A stretch of DNA of 64,000 bases from Macrostomum lignano (taxonomy: Eukaryota), in contig NIVC01000393.1 of NCBI GenBank assembly GCA_002269645.1, forward strand, positions 62,001 through 126,000, written 5' to 3'. The notes under the pieces are model-generated. The model saw nothing but the letters and a program-made list of their open reading frames with translations, was not told the DNA's origin and ran no database searches. The translations under genes were made by a program, and so were the position numbers. Of the stretch, positions 1-11,621 are shown in pieces (the first letter of the stretch is position 1; each line of letters opens with the position of its first letter).

Positions 1-329
1 CTGAGAAGGTCTGGAGGGCTGGTGACTTGATTCTTGTTTGAGAAGGTGTACAGATAAAGATTTTATGATGAAGATCTGCCGGGAAAATAGGAGTAAATAT
101 GCAGTTGAATTAATTTGTGTTGAGGTTTAGCTCGTATTTAGCTTTCTATTCAAAAATCTTTAATTGCAAAACTTCTCAAAAACTACCTAGTAAGAATTAT
201 AAAAAGTGAAAGTAAATTCTAAAAGTTTCTTGGGCAAGAAAACACTTATAATGTTAAGTTCACTTAAAACATACATACAGACAGACAAACAACGCTTTAA
301 ACTCACTATATATAATGTTAGACGAATAA

Positions 330-766
330 GTTTCAACGCTGACTTGGCTAGGAATCGTATCGAGAGACGGCCAGTGTTCCTTACACCCACCCCAAAACTG
401 AGTACGTGGGCCTATGAAAATTCTTCCACGGACAGCCAGCCATTAAGCCAACCCCCACCCTCGATTAGTGGACCTCTGGCGTTTTGACTATCTACCACAC
501 ACGGGGTAGGACAATTTACGAGCGTGTGGTTTTAATGACTTACCAGTTTAAGTCAAGGAGCGTATATATAGAGCTAGATTCTAGAAAGAACAAGTTGTTC
601 CTACAATTGTTCCTCATTTTAAACGTCTGCATAGAATCAACGCGGTTACTTGCTTTTGTTAAATTCATCTTTACATATTGGTAAGTTCAAGGAATCGAAT
701 AATTTTAAAGAGAAACTGCGCCTGCTTGAATAATTCTTAGTAAAATTCAGTTTTGCTGCAAGCGCA
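330..766. repeat. Dispersed repeat, diverged direct copy at ~21927-22362
   Basis: Shared blocks such as acacccaccccaaaactgag and gtaagttcaaggaatcgaataattttaaag...ttttgctgcaagcgcac occur at both loci. Homology resumes after 1420 and 22450. Confidence 0.8.
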
Positions 767-1372
767 CAGTGGATAAATAATCAGCGGACCCAGTGCGTGA
801 CAACGATTGTCTGGCGAGCGCCGGTAGGCGCGAGCCATAGACAAATCGTTGTCACGTGCTGCGACCGCTGATTCTTTGCATTGTTTTTCTGTTTGACGAT
901 CCTACAGACAATGCATTGTTTGTAGTAATTGATTGTTCTGCACTAATAATGTGAATAATGATCGTCAAATTGCTAAACAATGTAAAGTTTTTCAATAAAA
1001 TAAATATATTAGGTGCTTTCGACGAGCGCCATTAGCGTGGGCGTCACGTGTTCACCCCCTTAAGCACCTCTAAGCAAGGGTATAGTGCCTTCTCCTTTAA
1101 GGACCCCAAAATGCCCCGGATGCCCCCTTTTTGGCGCCTCCTTGCACTACCAGTGCCATTGTTTAGCAATTTGACGATCATTATTCACATTTTTAGTGCA
1201 GAACAATCCATTACTACAAACAATGCATTGTCTGTAGGATCGTCAAACAGAAAAACAATGCAAAGAATCAGCGGTCGCAGCACGTGACAACGATTTGTCT
1301 ATGGCTCGCGCCTGCCGGCGCTCGCCAGACAATCGTTGTCACGCACTGGAATCGCTGATTATTTATCCATTG
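767..1372. mobile_element. MITE/foldback element with ~216-bp inverted arms (767-982 and 1157-1372)
   Basis: The arms are near-perfect reverse complements (cagtggataaataatcagcg... / ...cgctgattatttatccattg). The element is absent from the paralogous locus at ~22360. Confidence 0.8.
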
Positions 1373-2143
1373 CATCGCCAGTGCCATTGTATCCTAGTGG
1401 CACTTCCTTGCACTTCTTTGGCCCTGGCTTAAATTGTGAATGCCGCTTGCACAAACAGCGGGTGGCATTTTGAACTTTAAAATTGTTCGATATCTATTCT
1501 ATCCTATATACTAAAAATGGTCTGTCTGTGTCTATCTACCTATCTATCTATCTATCTATCTATCTATGTGATCGATTAGAGAAAAAATGGCTGGACCGAT
1601 TTTGTTCAAACTTGCACTGTTCGATCAGAAATTTTCCCGTGACTGTACATGCATCGCGGCTAAGAAATTGCTCGATGCTAAAGGCATTAAATATTCGAAA
1701 AACATGCTTTTTTGCAAAGGTCAAGCAAACTTTTCGACTTGAAATGCATTGTAAGAATGCTAGAGAAAAAACTGACTGGTTGAATTCTGGTTCTGAAATA
1801 GATTGCATCATCACTGAATTGTAACTCCGACTTGAATTGAAAATGCAGTGTGGAAGCGTAGCACCAGACTTGATTTAAATTGCGTAACCATATTGTTAAC
1901 TGATACTGACTGACTGAGAAACTGATTATGTCATAACTGCTTCGTGTGATTTACTCTATGCTTGGATTTTAAACTGTTGAATTATATAGGTGCAAAATTT
2001 GATGTTATCAAAACGATGAGAGCTAGCCTAGAGGTGAACAAACTGAACTGCTAAATGCAGCGACGATGGTTCGAATTTTCATAGAGTATAATTTTTTTAA
2101 TTAAAGCTTTTCAACGTCAGGAAAACTAAAAGACTTTTTAAAA

Positions 2144-4250
2144 AGAAGCGCCATGTAATGAATCATAGAAGCGTCATGTAAAAAATCATAGGAGCGTCAT
2201 GTAAACAATCATAGAAGCGTCATGTAAAAAATCGTAGAAGCGTCATTTAAAAATCATAGAAGCATCATTTAAAAATCATAGAAGCGTCATGTAAACGATC
2301 ATAAAAGAATCATGTAAAAAATCATAGGAGCGTCATGTAAACAATCATAGAAGCATCATATAAAAATCATAGATGCGTCATTTAAAAAATCATAGAAGCA
2401 TCATGTAAACAATCATAGAAGCGTCATGTAAACAATCATAGAAGCGTCATGTAAACAATCATGGAAGCGTCATGTAAACAATCATAGAAGCGTCATGTGA
2501 AAATCATAGAAGCGTCACGTAAAGAATCATAGAAGCGTCATGTAAAGAATCATAGAAGCGTCATGTAAACAATCATAGAAGCGTCATGTAAACAATCATA
2601 GAAGCGTCATGTAAAAAATCATAGAAGCGTCATGTAAAAAATTATAGAAGCGTCATGTAAAAAAATCATAGAAGCGTCATGTAAACAATCATAGAAGCGT
2701 CATGTAAACAATCATAGAAGCGTCATGTAAACAATCATAGAAGCGTCATGTAAACAATCATAGAAGCGTCATTTAAAAAATCATAGAAGCGTCATGCAAA
2801 AATCATAGATGCGTCATTTAAAAAATCATGGAAGCGTCATGTAAACAATCATAGAAGCGTCATGTAAACAATCATAGAAGCGTCACGTAAAGAATCATAG
2901 AAGCGTCATGTAAACAATCATAGAAGCGTCATGTAAACAATCATAGAAGCGTCATGTAAAAAATCATAGAAGCGTCATGTAAACAATTATAGAAACGTCA
3001 TGTAAAAAAATCATAGAAGCGTCATGTAAACAATCATAGAAGCGTCATGTAAACAATCATAGAAGCGTCATGTAAACAATCATAGAAGCGTCATGTAAAC
3101 AATCATAGAAGCGTCATTTAAAAAATCATAGAAGCGTCATGCAAAAATCATAGATGCGTCATTTAAAAAATCATGGAAGCGTCATGTAAACAATCATAGA
3201 AGCGTCATGTAAAAAATCATAGAAGCGTCATATAAAAATCATAGATGCATCATTTAAAAAAATCATAGAAGCGTCATATAAAAAATCATAGAAGCGTCAT
3301 GTAAAAATCATAGAAGCGTCATGTAAACAATCATAGAAGCGTCATGTAAGCAATCATAGAAGCGTCATGTAAACAATCATAGAAGCGTCATGTAAAAAAT
3401 CATAGAAGCGTCATATAAAAATCATAGATGCATCATTTAAAAAAATCATAGAAGCGTCATATAAAAAATCATAGAAGCGTCATGTAAAAATCATAGAAGC
3501 GTCATGTAAACAACCATAGAAGCGTCATGTAAAAAATCATAGAAGAGTCATGTAAGCAATCATAGAAGCGTCATGTAAGCAATCATAGAAGCGTCATGTA
3601 AACAATCATAGAAGCGTCATGTAAACAATCACAGAAGCGTCATGAAAAAATCATAGAAGCGTCATGTAAACAATCATAGAAGCGTCATGTAAACAATCAT
3701 AGAAGCGTCATGTAAAAAATCATAGAAGAGTCATGTAAACAATCATAGAAGCGTCATGTAAGCAATCATAGAAGCGTCATGTAAACAATCATAGAAGCGT
3801 CATGTAAAAAATCATAGAAGCGTCATATAAAAATCATAGATGCATCATTTAAAAAAATCATAGAAGCGTCATATAAAAAATCATAGAAGCGTCATGTAAA
3901 AATCATAGAAGCGTCATGTAAACAACCATAGAAGCGTCATGTAAAAAATCATAGAAGAGTCATGTAAACAATCATAGAAGCGTCATGTAAGCAATCATAG
4001 AAGCGTCATGTAAACAATCATAGAAGCGTCATGTAAACAATCAAAGAAGCGTCATGTAAGCAATCATAAAAGCATCATGTAAACAATCATAGAAGCGTCA
4101 TGTAAACAATCATAGAAGCGTCATTTAAAAAATCATAGAAGCGTCATGTAAACAATCATAGAAGCGTCATGTAAAAAATCATAGAAGCGTCATGTAAAAA
4201 ATCATAGAAGCGTCATGTAAAAATCGTAGAAGCGTCATTTAAAAATCATG
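2144..4250 (+). repeat. 23-bp tandem satellite (AATCATAGAAGCGTCATGTAAAC), ~90 copies
   Basis: Period 23 read directly (2411 to 2434). Units vary 22-24 bp in the A-run and have no unique spacers. Confidence 0.97.
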
Positions 4251-5099
4251 GAAAATCATAAAAATCAAAAATTAAATGCAGCTATAATGCTGTGCTGGGG
4301 AGAAAAACTGAGACGTAAAGGCTCTCAGAGAATAACTGCTGAAATTACGGGGGGGGGTTTCTGAGATGTCAAAGCAAAAGTCAGAAGCTACTTCAAAGTT
4401 CATGTACTTTACTCAATTTTTTTATTGCATTCTTTGTTGGCTCGCCACGGGAGGCGCTTATAGAAGAAGAGTCATGTAAAAAATAAAAGTAGCACTACGA
4501 GCGTATGTACGAGCTATACATAAAAGAAAAGTCATGTTCAAGTTAAAAGATTCATTTGGGAATTGCTACGATGTCAAAGCTTGGTGGAAATCGTTATAGT
4601 GCTGTGATTTTTAAAGAAGGAATCACTAAAATTTCAAGGCTTAGGGGAGAAGAATTGCTGAGATTTCAAGGCTTTAGGTTAGGTTAAAGTTAGGTTTAGG
4701 TCAGGTGTGGGTTGAGGGTTATATTTTATCGGGTTTCAAGGTTAACAGAATAACAGGGGATTTTTTAGATTTCAAGGTTTATGGAGGCCATCGCTGACAT
4801 GTTAAGGCTTACGGGGGGAATAGCTGAGATGTCAAGGCTCACGGGGTATAAATGAGATTTCAAGGCTAAAGTCAGAAGCTACATGTAGTTTATTGAAAAC
4901 TTTTTATTACATTATTTGATGCCTCCTCAGGGGAGGGATCGCTGATAAAAAAAGCGTAATGTAAAAAATAAAAGAAGCTTCATGTCGAAGTTAAGAGATT
5001 CATTTGGGAATCCCTACGATGTCGAGGCTTGCAGGAAATCGCTATAATGCTGTAGTAGTGCTATAGTGACTCTTAGAGAGAATTACTGATATTTCAATG

Positions 5100-5156
5100 T
5101 TAGGTTAGGGTTAGGGTTAGGGTTAGGGCTAGGGTTAGGGTTAGGCTAGGGTTAGA
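5100..5156 (+). repeat. Interstitial (TTAGGG)n tract
   Basis: ttaggttagggttagggttagggttagggctagggttaggg; a shorter reverse copy lies at ~25598-25625. Confidence 0.85.
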
Positions 5157-5394
5157 AGGTTGACAGATATTTTTAGATTTCCAAGGCTTATTGGGGCATT
5201 GCTGAGATGTCAAGGGGGAAGTTGATATGTCAAAGCTTGTGGGGGGGAATTACTGACATGTCAAGGCTTACAAGGTTTGACAGGAGATTTTTTAAGATTT
5301 CAAGGATACATGTAGCTTATTAAAAAAACGTGTATTGCATTTATTTGGCTCCCCAATCAAAGTACAAAATACTTTTATTTTTTACATGACAATC

Positions 5395-5625
5395 AAAGAA
5401 GCGTCATGTAAACAATCATAGAAGCGTCATGTAAACAATCATAGAAGCGTCATGTAAAAATCATAAAAGCGTCATGTAAAAAATCATAGAAGCGTCATGT
5501 TAACAATCATAGAAGCGTCATGTAAACAATCATAGAAGCGTCATATAAAAATCATAGATGCGTCATTTCAACAATCATAGAAGCGTCATATAAAAATCGT
5601 AGAAGCGTCATATAAAAATCATAAA
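5395..5625 (+). repeat. Short array of the same 23-bp satellite
   Basis: About 10 copies of agaagcgtcatgtaaacaatcat. Confidence 0.9.
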
Positions 5626-5699
5626 AGCTCATAAGAGCTCAGCTCAGTGGTAGATGTTTCAGAAAAGTGTCATATTCAGCCAGTAGGCTTAGCAGGATA

Positions 5700-5880
5700 G
5701 TACTTAGGAATGCTGTTCAATGCAACCAATTGAGTTCAATTTCAGCACCCCAGCAGCCTGGCTGGCTAGCCGTGTTTTCGCCACTCGACGTTCTGATACT
5801 TGGCGGAGGTGCTTAGCGAGTTATTGCATCTTGCGACAACAGATAAGCACATTCCATCCATAATTGACCCGTTCTGAATT
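5700..5880. repeat. Dispersed repeat, direct copy at ~24683-24860
   Basis: tacttagga(a/c)tgctgttcaatgcaaccaatt...caacagataag(c/t)acattccatcca(t/c)aattgac is shared by both loci. Confidence 0.8.
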
Positions 5881-5905
5881 GTACATAAATTTTCCTGCTG
5901 CAACG

Positions 5906-6289
5906 CCGAGTGGGCCGCCGCCAGCCAAAGCGTCGCCTCAGCATCCTGGGCTACGCCGATGATCTCGCCCTGCTGTCCTCAACCGTCGAGGGCGCCCAAC
6001 GTCAGCTGGACCGTCTGGTTGGCGTTGCTGCGAGCGTCGGCCTGGTGATCAACACGCAAAAGACCGTCTTGCTCACCATGCCCACCAACATCCAAGCAGA
6101 CATCTACTGCCGAGGCGCTGATGGGCAGGCAACGCTGTTGCCGCGCGTTCAGCAGTTCGTGTACCTCGGCGGCCTGGTTGACGCCTTCGACGACCTGAGG
6201 TGTCGCCGTGGACTCGCTTTGGCGGCCTTTAACTCCATGAGAACCGTCCTGCGATCTGCGGCCCTGCCAGACCGCCAGCGCTCAGCGTG
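5906..6289 (+). mobile_element. RTE-type LINE reverse transcriptase fragment
   Basis: GRRQPKRRLSILGYADDLALLSSTVEGAQRQLDRL is highly similar to the 14892-15918 copy. It is truncated at both ends. Confidence 0.88.
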
Positions 6290-7771
6290 CTTAGAAACGC
6301 ATGTGCTTGACACCGTGGCCAGGGCCGTATGCGTGGCGACTGCTTATTCGCCGCGGCGGGTGATGACGAACGCCCGGAGTGACGACATCCGGACGGCGTG
6401 TACGGCGGAGGGGATTAATCTGCGCGAACCACACGGACCGGGGGTACCCGCGAACGGGGGGACGGCGTGGGGACTGCCATCCAACGGCTGGCGCTGCAGT
6501 TCTTTGGACGGTGCCGGCTACTGCCGCCACTTGGAGTCCAACGGCTCCGTGACCATTAGCAGTGTGGCCTACTTCCGGGTGGACGAAACTGAGAATAGTT
6601 TTAAGATAATATACATGCGCGCTCCGCCGCGCGTGCGTCGCCCTTAAACGTTTGGACCATTACCTTTAGATGGTAAAGACTATTTCTTTGGGGCGAATAC
6701 AGACACTTCGAATCTTCCTAGTAGGCATTGGGTTGCGGTTTGGGTGCGTAGCAGGCGGGTTAGGGGGCACCATGGACGAAGAGTCGGGGAATATTTTGAT
6801 TCGCTTGCTTTAGAAATATACTGAAAGTGCGTTCTTGAAGAAGTTGGTCGGTTGATCGGACTTGAGATATTTTTTTCTTTTGAATTCTTTGTGGGTACCG
6901 TGCAGTGAAGTTGAAATTCCTGTAGAATAGCCGAAAAAAAATTTCGTTCCATTTATTTTCTAAGACGGGGGAGATTAATCCATGATTTCAAAAAGGGGGA
7001 ATAATAACGGGATTTAAACTCAGTAAAGGTTTGGGGATATCCAATGAATTACTGACGAGCAAAAGTCCGTTGATGAAAATTGAGATCCGTTCTTCCACCG
7101 TTCTATGTGGGTGCATGGCGCCGTGGATTGTGTAGTAAGACTTCGCTGATTGGGGTAGAGAAGACTGTGTTATGGGGTGAGTGTAGCGCAGAACTGGCTT
7201 TATTTGATGTGTGTGTGTGCGCGCTGCTCTGATCTGCGTTTGGGTGGCTTGAGGGAGCATAAAGTTGACCGCAAAAATTTGACTCCCGCAATTTATTGCG
7301 ATTCTTTCTTTCGTTCTTTGTGGGTGCAGGCAGTGTAGTTAGATTTCCTGTAGAATACCCTACCATTTGGTTCGGTACCTTATCATTTGATTTTTAATAG
7401 AAAAATAAGGTATGTACGTAATAAAATTTCTGACGGGTACCTTATTACGTGTTATGTAATTGAAAAATAGGGTATGGACGTAATTTTCTATTACTACTTA
7501 GGCCATCCAGGCAGTAGGTACTTCATCAGAAGACACTAAATAACTTTATATACTATCACTATACCATACTTAATTTAATGCTACCATTTACGTAAATAAG
7601 GAAATAGGAAAGCAAATAAGGCATGTTACGCTCGTAGTCTCAGGACAAAAATAAAAGGCAGCTAAACAGATCAAGGCAAGTGTTTATTTGCAAGGTTGGG
7701 TGATACTCTAACGGACTTGATAATGAATTACAGTCTAGATTTTTGCATACTAGCATGAAGTTCCCAGTCAC

Positions 7772-8545
7772 TCAAGCACAAAGCAAATCGAGAAGTGAAA
7801 AGGAATCCGGAATTGGCGGATTTGGAGTTTGTTGCGACGAAGCGCTCGGAGAAGCTGGAATAAACAAGTGATTAAAACCTTTGTCCAACGTAGTTACATA
7901 AAAACTGTGGCAGGTGCATTTACAATGGCTGTCAGGGCAATCGAAAATGTTTGAACATAAAACACTTGCACCGGAGAGCTGTGAATCGGCACACTTTTCG
8001 GAGGGATTCCTGGCGGCTAGTGATTTCAGTTTGGAAATTATAATTTCAGCGTTCTCTTTAGCGTCGTCTAAGTTAAATGGGTAGCTTGCGACTTTCCGTT
8101 TGTCTTAGATTGCTTTTCATGTTTTACCCGAACATGGTTTGGTAAATTCGAGGTGATAACACTGCAAACAGGACACTGATAGAGGTAACCCGATTCGGTT
8201 GGCTTCTTCGCCTTTAAGAGTCCAAAAAGGCGGATTGTGGCATCAATTTGCTTTTCAGTGGCATCAGAGTGCTTTCGACGGCAATGTACCTTGAAACCAG
8301 ACGCGTGTCCTGTCCAAGCATTGCAGATTCAACAGGAAATCTTTGGATGAACCTGCACCATGTGAGACATTGTCCTGCGGGTGAAATTCAAGAGCTGCGC
8401 GAAAAAAAGGTTGTGGGCTTATTATTATAAAGCTTCAACGGAGATTAGGGAAATTAAGTTATACGAGTTTATAACTCGTACTTTCCGTTTTAAGACAATG
8501 AGACATATGAGACATCTTTTTGGAACATATCTACTGTGCAGAAAT
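7772..8545 (-). pseudogene. Decayed multi-C2H2 zinc-finger gene
   Basis: Hand translation gives C*ICNAWTGHASGFKVHCRRKH and YQCPVCSVITSNLPNHVRVKH, with RCLIC further upstream. There is a probable GT-AG intron at ~8396-8478, one in-frame stop and a frameshift before a ~100-aa open tail. Confidence 0.6.
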
Positions 8546-8605
8546 AGTACTGACTATTTCATCGAAAAAGAAACAAGTTCGAGTTGAAAATAAATTTCAT
8601 TCAAT

Positions 8606-8944
8606 ATGCCAGCTGACCAGTTTATTTGCCCGATGTGTGACTATTCAACCAATCGGGCCGCCACCCTTCTTCGTCACGCTCGAAGCATACAGCCAACTTG
8701 GATCGAGTCATTCGCCATTTCGGCAAAGCATTTGTTGTAGGCCAGGTAGCCGTAGCTGAGGCGAGGGCAAGGGCATATGATAGGCTCGAGGGGCTGCAGT
8801 TTTTGGCCTTTTATGACATCCGGCCCAAACTAAATCTTAACCCAGCCTTGCCGCTTGAAAGGCTTCCAGAATCTGCCGCGGCTATAACAATGGACGCGGA
8901 CTTAGCTGCCGAAGCTGCCGACGCTGTACCGGCAACCTCCAATG
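8606..8944 (+). pseudogene. Decayed C2H2 zinc-finger exon, divergent from the previous gene
   Basis: ATG at 8606 opens MPADQFICPMCDYSTNRAATLLRHARSIQ. A frameshift leads into the 8698-8991 frame, which reaches a gtaagt donor at ~8946. Confidence 0.45.
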
Positions 8945-10019
8945 AAGTAAGTTACGCATACACTCGTTTAATATCTTATAAGCATTTATAAGATATTATA
9001 AATAGTACTCTTAACCCTAAACTTCCAATAATAAAATTGATGTTTTAGGGCAACTGAAAACTTATTTCAAATGAACGATATTAAGTAAAACTTTTCAGGA
9101 TTTTGTAAAACGCATTTTAAGTTACCGAAGATGAATGAGTAAAACTCCCACAACTATTAATTTTTTATTGCAAAAATGGAAGTTAGAAATCCAAACATTA
9201 CTGGCAAACTACACCAAAGATATTTCAATGATTTTGTGAAATTTTCTGACGGATGCTAAAAGACGAGATTAAATGTTCGCCGAAATTAATTCTATGTTGT
9301 ACGAATATAGGAAATTAATAGACAGTTATGGAGCAAATAAATGTCCTCCATATCTTCACACTTTTCCAATAAAATCTCGAGATCGTACAGAGATACAACT
9401 TTATCCACTAGATATTGAAGAAATTCAAGAGCTAGACGAATTAATTTAACAAATTGCAGAATATTTATGTAACGGTTTAAAAATTCTGTATTTCAAATTT
9501 AGTTTATTTACATGGTGTATTTTAACTTTATTCAGATCCTTAGCTGTTTGAATTATGTGCGTAATTTATTCTAGGATTCTAATATTATGTTTCTGTTAAT
9601 TTTCTTTCCGTTTCCAAGAAATGCGACTCATAATTTAAACATGTAAGTTCTAGTCTTTTCTGTAAGCGTGTGGCAGCCTTGGACGTAGATCAACTTAGCA
9701 TGTACGTGAGATACAATAATTATAATCAGAGCCGATCATCAGCGTACGCATTCATACTAAGACAGTAAGATTTCTTATGCTACGAGTATAGTAAATCGTC
9801 CAGGACTGACAGATGTAGCTGCTGAACCATACGTTGCTAATATACTCTCCTTCGCTAGTAATATTAACTATACCGAACTCGTTATATTTAAATGATTATG
9901 ATTGGGAAGAATGAAGCATTGGTAGTTCAGAGAATAATAGCTTTTTTGAGAGCGAAGAGGATTTAAAAACTACTAATAGTAAATGATGAGTAGGAAAATA
10001 AACGTCAACAAAAACAGAA

Positions 10020-10375
10020 AATATTTTTTTTCTTTTTAGCCAACGCGTTTCGTCAAACACAAGACGTTGTCAGGGTAAATTCAACTAACCTTAATTTTCA
10101 GCACCAATATATTTAAGCAAAACAAACTGTACAGTCCAAAGGCGGGTCAAAACAGTCCGGTAAAATTTCAAAAGTGCCAAGTACATAACGAAGGGAGAGA
10201 GAGAGAAAAATAGGCATGGCTCTGCTCACTGGACTCTTAGCTCACGCTCCACCCCATTGCCAGCAAGCTGCACATTCAAGTTGGGTTTGTGCATTCTGAT
10301 ATAAGAAGCTTCAATAATCTTAAGCTTATGGTCAAATTTGCACCCATCCAGCACTTTAAAGAGCTGAATCGGTTC
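10020..10375 (-). mobile_element. 3' remnant of a Penelope-like element (GIY-YIG C-terminus plus tail)
   Basis: Minus strand 10375-10226 reads EPIQLFKVLDGCKFDHKLKIIEASYIRMHKPNLNVQ...*, matching the PLE endonuclease C-terminal pattern. A hammerhead-like motif follows. Confidence 0.7.
10041..10080 (-). ncRNA. Degenerate minimal type I hammerhead ribozyme-like motif
   Basis: Minus strand reads CTGACAAC-GTC-ttgtgttt-GAC-GAAA-CGCGTT, with stem II and the palindromic ACGCGT typical of PLE hammerheads. The core deviates from CUGANGA. Confidence 0.45.
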
Positions 10376-11221
10376 ACTGTCACAACATTTTTTACTTGAT
10401 GATGAATGTTATAATGCGTGTTATAAGTATTAAATAATGAGTGTTATATTGCGTCAAATATCTGTCAGCTTGAAGGAAATTTGCAGAAACGTGGCAAATT
10501 TCCGGTATCTACTACGAATTCTGACAAAAAGGATTACATTTCTTTGTGTTACTGTCCTCATCCCTTTGTACACCAAATTTCATCCCTCCGTACAATCTCC
10601 ATTGTTCCTATTGTCCCTTCTGTCCTCTATCGTTCTCAAAACGGAAAGTTCTCTCTCTATGTTTCTGCAGCCTTATATATTGGGTAGATATTTTTAGTCG
10701 CTGCGCTGGGCTTTTCACAAATTTACTGGAAAATGTCTGGCCTTGCCACAGTTAGAGCTAGGCGTGCTACGGCGCAGATGACAGCTGCGCTTTATAGAGA
10801 TGTCTTAGTAGCCCTAAAGCCCGAAACTCTATTTCGTCAATGAACGGCGAGGTTCTCCTAGGCGCTTTAGAAGAAGTGCTAAAGAAGACCGAAAGATTCA
10901 TCCAAAAATTAAGACGATTCAAACAACAACTAGCACGCCAAAGAAACTACGACGAGCAAGGAGCAGTCACTCTGCAGACTCGCAACATCGGTAACATCGA
11001 TTTGCCACCGCCACCGCCACCATACCAAAAAGCTCAAGCCCAGGCTCAAGATCAAGCTCAAGCTCAGGCTCAAGGCAACCAACCGTCGCGTCGCGACTTC
11101 CTCGGCGAACCTAAAATAGCGCGCGACAAAAATCAATGAACTGACTTTTCATTCTACTATAAGTAGGATTGTGTCTTTTTACACGTAAAAACAAATACCA
11201 ACTTTTTTAAAACTGGCCAAA

Positions 11222-11621
11222 AAGCGACCTGGCAAGCTGCACCGTGGAGTGCTCTTCCACCACGACAATGCACCAGCCCACACTTCTCGACTGTGCCGGG
11301 AGACTCTACGAGATTTCCGCTGGGAAATACTTCAGCATCCTTCGTACAGCCCTGATTTGGCTCCTTCAGACTTTTTTTGTTTCCAAAGCTGAAGGAGGCG
11401 ATCAAGGGAGTTCGACATGAAAGCAAGGAGGCTGCCAAGAAGGCTACCGTACAGTGGCTTGCTGCGCAGCCTCCTGCCTTCTACACGAATGGCCTGGAGA
11501 GATGGCGACACCGCATGGAGAAGTGCCTGACCCTGGAGGGGGATTATGTAGAAAATTAGATTAGTGCGTGAAGCTTGAAGCTCGTGACAATAATATTATC
11601 ATTACTTTTTGACTGACCCTC
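11222..11621 (+). mobile_element. mariner (DD34D) transposase C-terminal fragment with right TIR
   Basis: VLFHHDNAPAH...HPSYSPDLAPSDF has exactly 34 aa between the Asps. A 1-nt deletion at ~11375 precedes FPKLK...CLTLEGDYVEN*. The TIR-like cattactttttgactgaccctc is at 11600-11621. Confidence 0.93.

Larger units (their letters stand above)
1520..5357 (+). mobile_element. Non-autonomous satellite-bearing element (HINE/Helentron-like head), copy 1
   Basis: (CTAT)n is followed by ggctggaccgattttgttcaaactt, a ~590-bp unique head, a 23-bp array and a ~1.1-kb tail of two diverged ~490-bp units. A reverse-complement copy lies at 25390-29415. The family assignment is inference. Confidence 0.6.

Noticed and set aside
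2144-4250. CRISPR-like appearance of the 23-bp arrays (also 26430-28840 and 61255-64000)
   Set aside because: There are no unique spacers and no cas genes, and the context is eukaryotic.
5100-5156. Chromosome end or healed break
   Set aside because: The tract is short, degenerate and internal to a repeated element that has a second copy in the window.
5638-5745. tRNA-SINE head (agctcagtggtaga ... gagttcaatt)
   Set aside because: A-to-B box spacing is ~90 bp, the B box is poor, and the paralog at 24683 lacks the A box.
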